Shown: positions 41,199 through 52,477 of the stretch, in pieces
How the letters are laid out: each line of letters begins with the position of its first letter
Numbering within the stretch: position 1 is the stretch's first letter
Source: an uncultured Deinococcaceae bacterium
GTDB lineage: Bacteria; Deinococcota; Deinococci; Deinococcales; Deinococcaceae
Direction: 5' to 3'
Assembly (NCBI GenBank): GCA_964252075.1
Contig: CAXULY010000001.1
Coordinates: 311,787-375,786, forward strand
Length of the DNA stretch: 64,000 bases
Made by a program: the position numbers and the translations under genes
The notes under the pieces: model-generated
Database searches by the model: none
Seen by the model: only the letters and a program-made list of their open reading frames with translations
Told to the model about the DNA's origin: nothing

Positions 41199-41662
41199 GG
41201 CGTCCTCGCGATGTCCACACTCAGGCGACTGACGTTCTGACCGGTGTACGCCACCACGAGGCGCTTCACGGGCACGGTGGTCGACGCGGACGGGCAACTC
41301 GCACTCACGGTGATGGGCGAGAAGGAACCCACACTGTCGGTGGAGGAAGCGTTCGTGGCGGTGTAAGCGGGCGTCACATCCGCCACCGTCACGCTCACAT
41401 TGCCCGGAATGGATACGCTGGACGTTGACACGCAATTCCCCGCGAACTTCGACTGGTCCTGCGTCCACTGCGCGCGAATGCCCTCCATCACCTTCCGGGT
41501 CTGCGTGCTGGCGCTGGCGGAATCACGCGCGGACGAGGACGCCCGGATGGAGTTCACCACAGGCGACACCATGAACGCCGTGAGCAGGCCCAGAATGACC
41601 ATCGCCACCAGCACCTCCACGATGGTCATGCCCGCAGCGCTTTTAAGACGCGCCTTACTCAT
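41195..41662 (-). CDS. Type IV minor pilin, PilV/GspI-like
   Basis: SAAG|MTIVE prepilin motif, Cys pair. Confidence 0.85.
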   Translation of the reverse strand: MSKARLKSAAGMTIVEVLVAMVILGLLTAFMVSPVVNSIRASSSARDSASASTQTRKVMEGIRAQWTQDQSKFAGNCVSTSSVSIPGNVSVTVADVTPAYTATNASSTDSVGSFSPITVSASCPSASTTVPVKRLVVAYTGQNVSRLSVDIARTP

Positions 41663-42104
41663 CGAAAATCACCACTTTTCCCGTGAGGCCAATCACGCCC
41701 ACCACGCCGGACACGCTGGAGTTCGTGGTGGAACGCACCCGGAAGGCCGTTCCGGTCTGCTGCACCTCACCGTAAGGCGCGAGGTACGTCACGGCCGTGG
41801 GTGACCCGCTGACCGCCGAGGTGGACACCGCGGTCGGCCACGTATAAGTCCGCGTCACGCCTCCTCGGGTGAGGGTGTAGTCGCTCGCGTTCAGGGTGAA
41901 CGTCACGTTGGTGTTGTACCGCTGCGCTTCCGAACGAGCACGGTTGAGCGTGGCGGCAATCTCACTCTCACCCTGCCGCACTGCCGTCCTTCGGTTCAGA
42001 CCGAAGAAGAAAAACGAGCCCATGGCGAACACGATGGCGAGGATCGCCAGCACGATAAGGGTTTCGAGCAACGTGAAGCCTGCGGTTCTTGTCAAGCGCG
42101 TCAT
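41655..42104 (-). CDS. Type IV minor pilin, FimT/GspH-like
   Basis: RTAG|FTLLE, LNRARSEA. Confidence 0.85.
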   Translation of the reverse strand: MTRLTRTAGFTLLETLIVLAILAIVFAMGSFFFFGLNRRTAVRQGESEIAATLNRARSEAQRYNTNVTFTLNASDYTLTRGGVTRTYTWPTAVSTSAVSGSPTAVTYLAPYGEVQQTGTAFRVRSTTNSSVSGVVGVIGLTGKVVIFDE

Positions 42105-42105
42105 G

Positions 42106-44802
42106 TCAGTTTCCTGGCACCACGCGAATGAAGCTGCGGTTGGTCTGGAAGTTGTTCTGCGCCGTGAAGTTGCCGGCCGTGAAGGTCGGGAAGGCGGGGG
42201 GCGTCAGGCCGTCACCAGTTCGGCCGTCGTACTGGTAGTTGCCGATGTACCCCGGTTGTGAGGTCGCCGCGGGCCTGCCGGTGAATTTGCAGTTGATGGC
42301 GCCAAGTCTGTTCTGAATCACGCTGCCAGTAATGTTGAGGTTGCCCTTGCTGACGTCGTTGGTGTTTGTATCACAGGCCTGGTAATTAGCGACAGAGCCG
42401 TTCTGAGCCATGATCACTGCATTGACGTTGAAGTCATCGTACTGATGTGTCGTCTTATTGTTGGAGTTAAAGTAGACGTTGGAACCACCATAAATGCCGA
42501 GCATGTTTGTAGGTTTAGGCTGGTTATCTGGCAAGTCAATAGGATTCTCCGCGTAAGTGATGTCGTGCTTAATCCATACATTACTTCCTGCAGCAACGGA
42601 GAGCTGAGAATACTTAGCAATCTCAGGAAGATTTCTTGTCGCTTTCTGTGGAGTGGTTGGGTTCGCACGGTCCGCTTGATCGGAGGCGCTATCCAAGTTC
42701 AAATCACCAGAGCTATAGATTACACCATTAAAGTTCGCAGCACTTAGAGAAAAGGCATTATTGTCAAGTGAGCCGAATGGGTTCGTGCCCAATACGTTCA
42801 CAGATTTATCTGCTGCGACAGTGAATTCTAATGTCCGATTGGCTGTTTGACGGCTATATGCATACACGTAACGCTCGTTGCTCTGAGCGCATCCGTTGGG
42901 TACCGTCCACCTTTCGCCAGCTGCAAATGCATTATTGCCTGCCGTCAATACCTGCTGGAGGACTCCCAATAAAGTTGAATGTGATCTCACAGGAAGTGAT
43001 GCATCGCGTGGCTGTTGTGTTGTGCGAGGAGCAAACGCACCGGGATCACCTGGAGGGTTTGGCGTCGGCGTTGGCGTGGGTGTTGGCGAAGGCCCAGGGG
43101 TCGGTGCGACATAACAGTAGGAGGAGTACGAAAGGGAATAGCCAGTAATCTGAGCAACAACAATCCTAACATGCTGCAATTGATTTGCCGTACCAGGATT
43201 ATCCACTGAAAGATAGACAGAAGGCGTCCCCGTATAAAGATTAATGGAATCTCGACGAGTCTGATCCAATGAAGGGACGGTCAAATCCGAAGGCCGAACG
43301 TTAAGCGTAATATTACCAGTGCTACCCGCATTGCTGTATTTAGAGGTGTCAAAGAAAAGTCCACCACTATCAGCTTGGCTCTGAAAACCAGCTGTTCCAT
43401 CTGAGGGTAGCGGGATCGGTGCATGGTTCCAGTCCACTTTGCGGGCCTTGCTGGCATCTGACGCTCCGTTGGGGCACTGATTCAGCCCGTAATACTCACG
43501 GCTCACGGTGCCACACAACTGGTTACCTTCGTCGTCTTGGTAAACGGTGTCAAGCTTCAAAGTGGGGTCGAAGGCAGTGGATTGCCCGGAAGTGGCGACG
43601 GCCTTGTAATTGCCCATGCCGTCCAGGTAGTAGCCCTGCCGGGGCGTACCACTCCACCTATTTCCGCTGCTGCGTTGTACACACCCTGAACTGATGGAAG
43701 CTCCAGAAGTCGGAGTTCCTGTGACCTGCGTGCCATTCGCGTAGAAAGTAGCGGCGCCGTCATCGCATCCTGCGCTGCCCACCTCGCCCGCAAATGTGAT
43801 GCCTTGAGGCGCATTGCTTTCGAAAACAAAGTTGCCGTTCGTGTAGATGGGTCCGTTCACCTTAAAGCCGTTGCGGAACTTCACAACGCTTGTGGTGTCA
43901 TTTCGGGTGCCATTTAAGTAATGGGAGTTGTAGAAGAACGCGAAACGTGCGAAGCTCGGCGGCTGCAACGACGTGCTCATAAGCGAGCTGCGCGTCAGGA
44001 TGCGATTCGCAACGGATGAGCCATCTGTCGCCTGCACCAACCCGGTGGATTCAACGCCTGCACTGGTGTCAGTCGGCTTGCCCATCAGGAAAACGTACTT
44101 GCCTTCCTGCTTCAGGAGGCTGACGGGCGCCAGTGTGATTGCTGTAACGAAGGCGTCCTTGTAGCCGTTGGTGGTGCTGCTCTGGGTGTTGGCGCTTCCT
44201 CGCGCGAGGTTCGCCCACATCCGCTGCTCGGCTGCAAGGTTCGGCGTGGTCCCAGAAACAGCGCGGTTGTCAATGGATTGCACGAGCGGAGCGACACCAG
44301 TGGCCCCGAACGGAATATAGCCCCCGTTGCTGGAATCCATGAAAATCTGCATGCGGTTCGTGGCGATGCTGGCGTCAGTATCAGCCGCGTTAATCGGAAG
44401 GGCCTGCGCGCAGATGGTGAAGTTCGGGTTGCTGCCATGGGCGATGAGGCTGGCAGCGAAGGCTGGGTACAGGGGCGCTCCAGCAGGTGGTGTGGCTGGA
44501 CTGCCGTAGCAGTAGCGGTACATGTCCTGGAACAGGGCGTCCTGCGCCGCAAGGTAGTTCCCACCAGCGCCGAGGTCCACCGTGACGTTATTGAGCAGGT
44601 TGGCAACGGCGACCAGTTTCTGATCGGCCTGATTCAGGCCGGATTCCGCGGAGAACTGCGCGCGGACGGCGACCGTCTGGTTGCTGCTGGTCTGGCGGTT
44701 GCTGATGGAGAGCGTGGTGGTGATGGCGACGATGGCGATGAACAGCACCAATGCCAGCACCAGGGTGACCACGAGGGCGATGCCGTCGGTGCGGCGCTTC
44801 AT
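42106..44802 (-). CDS. Large PilX/ComZ-like (DUF4900-type) pilus tip protein, 898 aa
   Basis: RTDG|IALVVTL (no Glu5), AQFSAESGL, SFARFAFFYN, NGPIYTNGNF, GSVIQN, YDGR..PPAFP. Confidence 0.8.
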   Translation of the reverse strand: MKRRTDGIALVVTLVLALVLFIAIVAITTTLSISNRQTSSNQTVAVRAQFSAESGLNQADQKLVAVANLLNNVTVDLGAGGNYLAAQDALFQDMYRYCYGSPATPPAGAPLYPAFAASLIAHGSNPNFTICAQALPINAADTDASIATNRMQIFMDSSNGGYIPFGATGVAPLVQSIDNRAVSGTTPNLAAEQRMWANLARGSANTQSSTTNGYKDAFVTAITLAPVSLLKQEGKYVFLMGKPTDTSAGVESTGLVQATDGSSVANRILTRSSLMSTSLQPPSFARFAFFYNSHYLNGTRNDTTSVVKFRNGFKVNGPIYTNGNFVFESNAPQGITFAGEVGSAGCDDGAATFYANGTQVTGTPTSGASISSGCVQRSSGNRWSGTPRQGYYLDGMGNYKAVATSGQSTAFDPTLKLDTVYQDDEGNQLCGTVSREYYGLNQCPNGASDASKARKVDWNHAPIPLPSDGTAGFQSQADSGGLFFDTSKYSNAGSTGNITLNVRPSDLTVPSLDQTRRDSINLYTGTPSVYLSVDNPGTANQLQHVRIVVAQITGYSLSYSSYCYVAPTPGPSPTPTPTPTPNPPGDPGAFAPRTTQQPRDASLPVRSHSTLLGVLQQVLTAGNNAFAAGERWTVPNGCAQSNERYVYAYSRQTANRTLEFTVAADKSVNVLGTNPFGSLDNNAFSLSAANFNGVIYSSGDLNLDSASDQADRANPTTPQKATRNLPEIAKYSQLSVAAGSNVWIKHDITYAENPIDLPDNQPKPTNMLGIYGGSNVYFNSNNKTTHQYDDFNVNAVIMAQNGSVANYQACDTNTNDVSKGNLNITGSVIQNRLGAINCKFTGRPAATSQPGYIGNYQYDGRTGDGLTPPAFPTFTAGNFTAQNNFQTNRSFIRVVPGN

Positions 44803-44921
44803 CTTGACCGTCCGAGGTGCAGGGTGGTGCTCGTGGCGGTCCAGGCAAGCAGCGCCATCAGGACGGCCGCTCCGAGACCCACGGTGAGGGCGAGCAGGAT
44901 GACGATCAGGTGCAACCACAT
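44799..44921 (-). CDS. 40-aa single-TM micro-protein heading the pilin operon
   Basis: MWLHLIVILLALTVGLGAAVLMALLAWTATSTTLHLGRSR; AAGGAG RBS 8 nt upstream; ATGA overlap with next start. Confidence 0.65.
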   Translation of the reverse strand: MWLHLIVILLALTVGLGAAVLMALLAWTATSTTLHLGRSR

Positions 44922-45092
44922 CACTAAGACTCCTTCCGCTGTGCAGATGAGGGGAGAATGCACTTTTCGTGGTGTAGTTTTCGGCAGTGCTTCATCTCTC
45001 TCAACTTTAGGGAGGGGGTAGAGAGGTTGCGCCCCCGAAGTAGGGGGGTTTTTCGTGAAAAACCCTTCAGCGCACCAATATGAAGCAACAGT

Positions 45093-45121
45093 GAAGAGAG
45101 GCGGGGCTCACGCCCCGCCTC
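45093..45121 (-). terminator. Terminator after carboxyspermidine dehydrogenase gene
   Basis: Minus strand gaggcggggc-gtga-gccccgcctc-tcttc. Confidence 0.7.
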
Positions 45122-45138
45122 CCCTTCCCTAAGTGCAT

Positions 45139-46356
45139 TCAGTCGTGAACGAGTTCGATGCCGGGCAATTCATCCACCGGGAGCCCCCAGGCATTCATGG
45201 CGTCGATGAAGGGGTCCGGGTCAAACTCCTCGACGTTGTAGACGCCCGGCTTGAACCAGGTTTTCTGCAGCATGAGCATCGCGCCGATCATGGCGGGCAC
45301 GCCCGTGGTGTAGCTGACACCCTGTGCCTGCACTTCGCGGTAGGTGGCGGCGTGATCGCAGACGTTGTACACGAAGTGCACCTTCGGCTGGCCGTCCTGG
45401 CCGATGCCGCGCGCCTGCACCCCAATGCAGGTCTGACCGGTGTAGTTCTCCGCGAGGCTTTCGGGGGCGGGCAGCACGGCTTTCAGAAACTCCAGCGGGA
45501 TGATCTGCTGACCCTGGAAGTTCACGGGCGTGATGCTGGTCATGCCGATTGCTTCCAGCACGCTGAGGTGCTTGATGTAGCTCTCCCCGAAGGTCATCCA
45601 GAAGCGCGCGCGCCGGATGGTCGGGTAGTTCTGGACGAGGGATTCGAGTTCCTCGTGGTACAGCACGAAGCTTTTGCGCGTGGTGACCTTCGGGTAGTAG
45701 ATGTCCTGGCTGATCTCCAGCGGTTGCGTCTCGACCCACTGGCCGTTCTCCCAGTAGCGCCCGTTCGCGGTGATCTCGCGGATGTTGATTTCCGGGTTGA
45801 AGTTCGTGGCGAAGGCCTTGCCGTGGTTGCCGTTGTTGCAGTCCACAATGTCCAGGTACTGGATTTCCTGGAAGTGGTGCTTGGCGTGGTGCGCGGTGAA
45901 GACGTTGGTGGCGCCGGGGTCGAAGCCGCAGCCGAGGAGCGCCATGAGGCCCGCCTGCTCGAAGCGCTCGCGGTACGCCCACTGCCAGGAGTACTCGAAC
46001 TTCGCCACGTCGCGCGGCTCGTAGTTCGCGGTGTCGAGGTAGTGCACGCCCGCCTCGAGGCAGGCGTCCATGATGGTGAGGTCTTGGTACGGCAGCGCGA
46101 CGTTGATGACGAGTTCCGGCTGGAACTCCCTGAAGAGCTTCACGAGTTGCGGCACGTCGTCGGCGTCCACGCTGACGGTCGTGAAGACCGCCTTGCTGTC
46201 CGGCATGTGCTCCTTTATTTCGGCGACGATCTTGTCCGCTTTGCTGACGGTGCGCGTGGCGAGCAGCACCTCGGTGAACACGCTGTCGTTCTGCGCGCAC
46301 TTCTTGGCGACCACGTTGCCCACGCCGCCCGCGCCGATGATGATGACCTTGCTCAT
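45139..46356 (-). CDS. Carboxy(nor)spermidine dehydrogenase/synthase (saccharopine dehydrogenase family)
   Basis: IIGAGGVG, NVALPYQDL, YLDTANYE, GFDPG, FATNFNPEINIRE, SYTTGVPA. Confidence 0.9.
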   Translation of the reverse strand: MSKVIIIGAGGVGNVVAKKCAQNDSVFTEVLLATRTVSKADKIVAEIKEHMPDSKAVFTTVSVDADDVPQLVKLFREFQPELVINVALPYQDLTIMDACLEAGVHYLDTANYEPRDVAKFEYSWQWAYRERFEQAGLMALLGCGFDPGATNVFTAHHAKHHFQEIQYLDIVDCNNGNHGKAFATNFNPEINIREITANGRYWENGQWVETQPLEISQDIYYPKVTTRKSFVLYHEELESLVQNYPTIRRARFWMTFGESYIKHLSVLEAIGMTSITPVNFQGQQIIPLEFLKAVLPAPESLAENYTGQTCIGVQARGIGQDGQPKVHFVYNVCDHAATYREVQAQGVSYTTGVPAMIGAMLMLQKTWFKPGVYNVEEFDPDPFIDAMNAWGLPVDELPGIELVHD

Positions 46357-46425
46357 GGGGCAGAGTGTATCAAGTGAGGGTGGGCGCCCGGTCAGCCTGC
46401 GGGGGTGGGCGCTACACTGCCCCGC

Positions 46426-47112
46426 GTGACCGCAGACGCCGCATCCGCCCTCGCGCAGCTGGAGGCCGAGGTGATTCACTGCACCGCCTGCCCGCGCCTC
46501 GTGGCGTGGCGGGAGCGGGTGGCGCGCGAGAAGCGCGCGGCGTACCGGAACGAGACCTACTGGGGGCGGCCCGTGCCGGGCTTCGGGGACCCGAACGCGC
46601 GCCTGGTCATTCTGGGCCTCGCGCCGGGCGCGCACGGCAGCAACCGCACGGGCCGGGTGTTCACGGGGGATGACAGTGGGCACTTCCTGTACGCGGCCCT
46701 GTACCGAGCGGGGTTCGCGAGCCAGCCGAAGAGCGTGTCGCGGGACGACGGCATGGTGCTCACGGATTGCCGCATCTGCTCGCCCGTGCGGTGCGCCCCG
46801 CCCGACAACAAGCCCACCCCGGAGGAGTTCCGCACGTGCCGCCCGTGGTTCGAGGCGGAACTGGCCCTGCTGCCGAAGCGCCGCGTGACGCTCGCGCAGG
46901 GCCACCTCGCGCACGCGGCGTTCCTGCGCTCCATGGGCCTCAAGCCCTCTGCATACCCCTTTGCGCACGGCGCGGAGCACCTGTTGCCGGACGGCACGTG
47001 GCTGCTGTGCGCGTATCACGTGTCGCGTCAGAACACGCAGACGGGCCGCCTGACGCCCGCCCTGTTCGATGCGGTGCTGGCGCGGGCGCGCGAGCTGATC
47101 GAGCGGGACTGA
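46426..47112 (+). CDS. Uracil-DNA glycosylase family 5 (UdgB-like, Fe-S)
   Basis: CTACPRL, GLAPGAHGSNRTGR, RCAPPDNKP, YHVSRQNT. Confidence 0.9.
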   Translation: MTADAASALAQLEAEVIHCTACPRLVAWRERVAREKRAAYRNETYWGRPVPGFGDPNARLVILGLAPGAHGSNRTGRVFTGDDSGHFLYAALYRAGFASQPKSVSRDDGMVLTDCRICSPVRCAPPDNKPTPEEFRTCRPWFEAELALLPKRRVTLAQGHLAHAAFLRSMGLKPSAYPFAHGAEHLLPDGTWLLCAYHVSRQNTQTGRLTPALFDAVLARARELIERD

Positions 47113-47241
47113 CGCACCAGGCCCTCACGAGACCAGAATTTACTCTCAGCACGCCCGGGTTGCCTGTGGGCGCCGCGCAGCCTGAGACCGGCGCGCGGGC
47201 TTCACTTCAGCGTGACCTGCGCGGCGCACAATGGCGGGCAG

Positions 47242-47760
47242 ATGCGCCCCCACCTCCGATTCGCCCTGCTGCTCGTGCTGGCGCTGCTGTCCGGCTGCCG
47301 CTACGTGGGACCCGTGCAGCCGGGCCAGAACACCACGGTGTTCCTCGGCGTGCGCGTCACCTTCGACCTGAAGGACCGCCACGCGTTCCTGTTCTGCCCG
47401 CCGGACCGCATCGGGTGCAGCATCCCGCTGGGCGGGGTGTGCGTGGTGCAGCTGGATCAGGCGTACTTCGCGCGGGCCGACCAGCGCCAGCGCACGCTGC
47501 TGGTCGGGCACGAGCTGGGGCACTGCGTGGACCTGTACCGCCTGGGCCTCTCGCACGGCGGCTTCACCGATCAGGGCAAACGCTGGGGCGTGTACTGGAG
47601 CGTGCCGGGCGAGGGCTTCGCGGAGGCGTACGGGCGCGCGTACCTAAACCGCTGCGGCGCGGACCTGGATTCCCTGGGCTGGATGGGCGCGCACGGCGCC
47701 TGCCTGCCCCCGGATCCCCGCAACGTGACGCCTGAACTCATTCAGCGCCTGAAGCTGTAG
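47242..47760 (+). CDS. Cys-rich lipoprotein with HExxH motif
   Basis: Lipobox LSGC; HELGH; EGFAE. Confidence 0.75.
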   Translation: MRPHLRFALLLVLALLSGCRYVGPVQPGQNTTVFLGVRVTFDLKDRHAFLFCPPDRIGCSIPLGGVCVVQLDQAYFARADQRQRTLLVGHELGHCVDLYRLGLSHGGFTDQGKRWGVYWSVPGEGFAEAYGRAYLNRCGADLDSLGWMGAHGACLPPDPRNVTPELIQRLKL

Positions 47761-47814
47761 GGCGTTCAGACAGCCGCCCCGTGCCGGGCAGCGGCACGCC
47801 GTAGCCTGAGCGGC

Positions 47815-49158
<1,344 letters not shown>

Positions 49159-49352
49159 GGACAGACGTGAACCAGCGCCAACAGGGCCAGCCCGCAAGGG
49201 CCTCGGCTGCTGGCCTCCACCCCTGCCCTGCGAGGTCCCTCTGACGAACATACGGTGCAACAGACGGTGTTGGGGCCTCAGGCGCCGCAGCGTCCCTCGT
49301 GCCTTTAGCTCACTCACCACGCCATTTCATCCCGCCACGCTCTACTGAGGGC

Positions 49353-50441
49353 ATGCATTTCAAAACCCTGCTGGCGCTGGGCGCCCTGTCGTGCGGTGTG
49401 GCTGCGGCCGCGCCGGACGTGAGCGCCTTCAAGCTGCCTGATGGCTTCAAGGTGAGCGTGTACCAGAGTGGCTTCGACCGACCGCGCTTCATGGGGGTCA
49501 GTGGCGACGACGTGTTCGTGTCAGACACGGGCTCGGGGAAGGTGTACGTCCTTCCGGACCGCAACCGGGACGGCAAGCCGGACGGCATGCAGACCTTCGC
49601 GAGCGGCCTGAACCAGCCGCACGGCCTGGCGTTCCACGGGTACCTGTACGTGGCGAACACGGACAGCGTGGTGCGCTTCAAGTACAAGGCGGGCGACACG
49701 AAGGCGTCCGGCGCGCCGGAGAAGCTCGTGAGCCTCCCAGCGGGCGGGGGGCACAGCACGCGCACGGTGGTGTTCGGTCCGGACAACCGCATGTACGTGT
49801 CGGCGGGGTCGAGCTGCAACGTGTGCGAGGAGTCCGACCCGAAGCGCGCGGCCATCTGGGTGTACGACGCGGACGGCAAGAATGGAAAGGCCTTCGCGAC
49901 CGGCCTGCGCAACGCGGTGGGGCTGGAGTGGTTCCAGAATCAGCTGTACTCCACGAACAACGGGCGGGATCAACTGGGGGACAACATTCCGCCGGAAGGC
50001 TTCTACAAGCCGAAGCAGGGGTCGTTCTTCGGGTGGCCGTACTGCTACACCCCGCAGGCGGGTCAGGCGCAGGTGTTCGACAAGGACTTCGGGCGCAAGG
50101 ATGCGAGCGTGTGCAAGAACGCCACGCCGGCCTTCGCGACCATGACGGCGCACAGCGCGCCCTTGGGTCTGGCGTTCTACACCGGGAAGAGCTTCCCCGC
50201 CACCTACCAGGGGAAGATGTTCGTGGCGCTGCACGGGTCGTGGAACCGCAGTGAGAAGAGCGGGTACAAAGTCGTGATGGCGGACCCGCAGACCGGGAAG
50301 GTCACGGACTTCATGACGGGCTTCCTGCAGGGGCAGAGCGTGAACGGGCGGCCCGTGGACCTGCAGGTCACGCCGGATGGGGCGCTGCTCCTCACGGACG
50401 ACGACAACGGCGTCATTTACCGCATCACCTACGGCGGCTAG
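49353..50441 (+). CDS. PQQ-dependent sugar / sorbosone dehydrogenase family beta-propeller
   Basis: LPDGF, GSSCNVC, GLRNAVG, FGWPYC, HSAPLG, HGSWNR, GRPVD. Confidence 0.88.
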   Translation: MHFKTLLALGALSCGVAAAAPDVSAFKLPDGFKVSVYQSGFDRPRFMGVSGDDVFVSDTGSGKVYVLPDRNRDGKPDGMQTFASGLNQPHGLAFHGYLYVANTDSVVRFKYKAGDTKASGAPEKLVSLPAGGGHSTRTVVFGPDNRMYVSAGSSCNVCEESDPKRAAIWVYDADGKNGKAFATGLRNAVGLEWFQNQLYSTNNGRDQLGDNIPPEGFYKPKQGSFFGWPYCYTPQAGQAQVFDKDFGRKDASVCKNATPAFATMTAHSAPLGLAFYTGKSFPATYQGKMFVALHGSWNRSEKSGYKVVMADPQTGKVTDFMTGFLQGQSVNGRPVDLQVTPDGALLLTDDDNGVIYRITYGG

Positions 50442-50502
50442 GGGGCCTTGTGTGGGGTGGGCGCGCACGGGCGCCCGCCCCGTCCCGTATCGTGTGCGGG
50501 AC

Positions 50503-51378
<876 letters not shown>

Positions 51379-51383
51379 CCGCC

Positions 51384-51983
51384 GTGCGACCGACCGCGCC
51401 CTCCCCTGCCGCGCGCCTGCGGACGGCCATCGTGACGGTCCTGGGGTTCCTGGCGGTCATGTGGGGCGAGGAGGGCCTGGATGAGCTGGCGTTCGGGGGT
51501 CGCCTGGACCTGCTGGGCATCCTGCCACGCAGCGAGGTGGGGTTGCGCGGCATTCTCTTCGAGCCGTTCCTGCACGCGGATTTCGCGCACCTCATCTCGA
51601 ACACCGTGCCGTTCGCGGTGCTGGCGTTCATCATTGTGCTGCGCGGCGCGCGGCGCTTCTGGGCGGTGACGCTCACCGTGATGCTGCTGGGGGGCTTCGC
51701 GGTGTGGCTGTTCGCTCCGGCGGGCACGCTGCACATCGGCGCGAGCGGGCTGGTGTTCGGGTACCTGGGGTACCTCGTGGCGGCGGGGTGGTTCGAGCGG
51801 GACACGCTGGGCATCCTGGTGGGCGTGGCGGTGCTGGCGCTGTACGGCGGGGTGCTGTGGGGGGTGCTGCCCCTCTCGCCGGGCGTGTCGTGGCAGAGCC
51901 ACCTGTTCGGGCTGCTGGCGGGCGTGCTGGCGGCGCGCTGGTTCTCGCGGCGCCGCGCGGCCCGAAGTACACTCGGCCCATGA
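51384..51983 (+). CDS. Rhomboid-family intramembrane protease
   Basis: FLHADFAHLISN, GASG, SHLFG. Confidence 0.9.
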   Translation: MRPTAPSPAARLRTAIVTVLGFLAVMWGEEGLDELAFGGRLDLLGILPRSEVGLRGILFEPFLHADFAHLISNTVPFAVLAFIIVLRGARRFWAVTLTVMLLGGFAVWLFAPAGTLHIGASGLVFGYLGYLVAAGWFERDTLGILVGVAVLALYGGVLWGVLPLSPGVSWQSHLFGLLAGVLAARWFSRRRAARSTLGP

Positions 51984-52477
51984 CTGCCCTTGTGGACCCC
52001 GCCCTGCTGGACAGCATGGGTGACACCCCGGAGGCCGCCGCCGAGCGGTTGCAACACGAAGTTCAGACGTTCGAGTCGGTGGCGCGCGCGCGCGCGGACT
52101 GGTTCGAGCCGCGCGCGGGGGGCGCGTGGAGTCCCGCGCAACTCACGGAGCACGTGCTGCTCGCGAACGCGTCGTTCGCGAAGGTGGTGCACCTGCTGGG
52201 CAGCGGGCGGGACCTGCCGGACGTGCCGCGCGCGCCGAGCACCATGCAGAACGGCCGGATTGTCGCGCCCGCGTTTCTGGTGCCGGGGCCGGGCGTGGCG
52301 TGGGAGGAGCTGGAGGCGCGCTGGCGGGACGTGCACGCGCGCTTCGTGGCGGCCGCGGCGCACCCGGCGGACCTCACGCGGACCTTCTGGCACCCGAGCT
52401 TCGGTGAGCTGAACGCCTTCGGCTGGACGCGGGCCGCCGCGTGGCACACCCGGCACCACCGCAGGCAGCTGGCGTGA
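51980..52477 (+). CDS. DinB-family protein
   Basis: WSPAQLTEHV, HPSFG, HTRHHRRQ. Confidence 0.85.
   Translation: MTALVDPALLDSMGDTPEAAAERLQHEVQTFESVARARADWFEPRAGGAWSPAQLTEHVLLANASFAKVVHLLGSGRDLPDVPRAPSTMQNGRIVAPAFLVPGPGVAWEELEARWRDVHARFVAAAAHPADLTRTFWHPSFGELNAFGWTRAAAWHTRHHRRQLA

Noticed and set aside
40331..45143. TTCAGTC at both ends of the pilin cassette as a target-site duplication
   Set aside because: Only 7 bp, and both copies are simply Asp-stop codons (GAC TGA) of gene ends; likely chance
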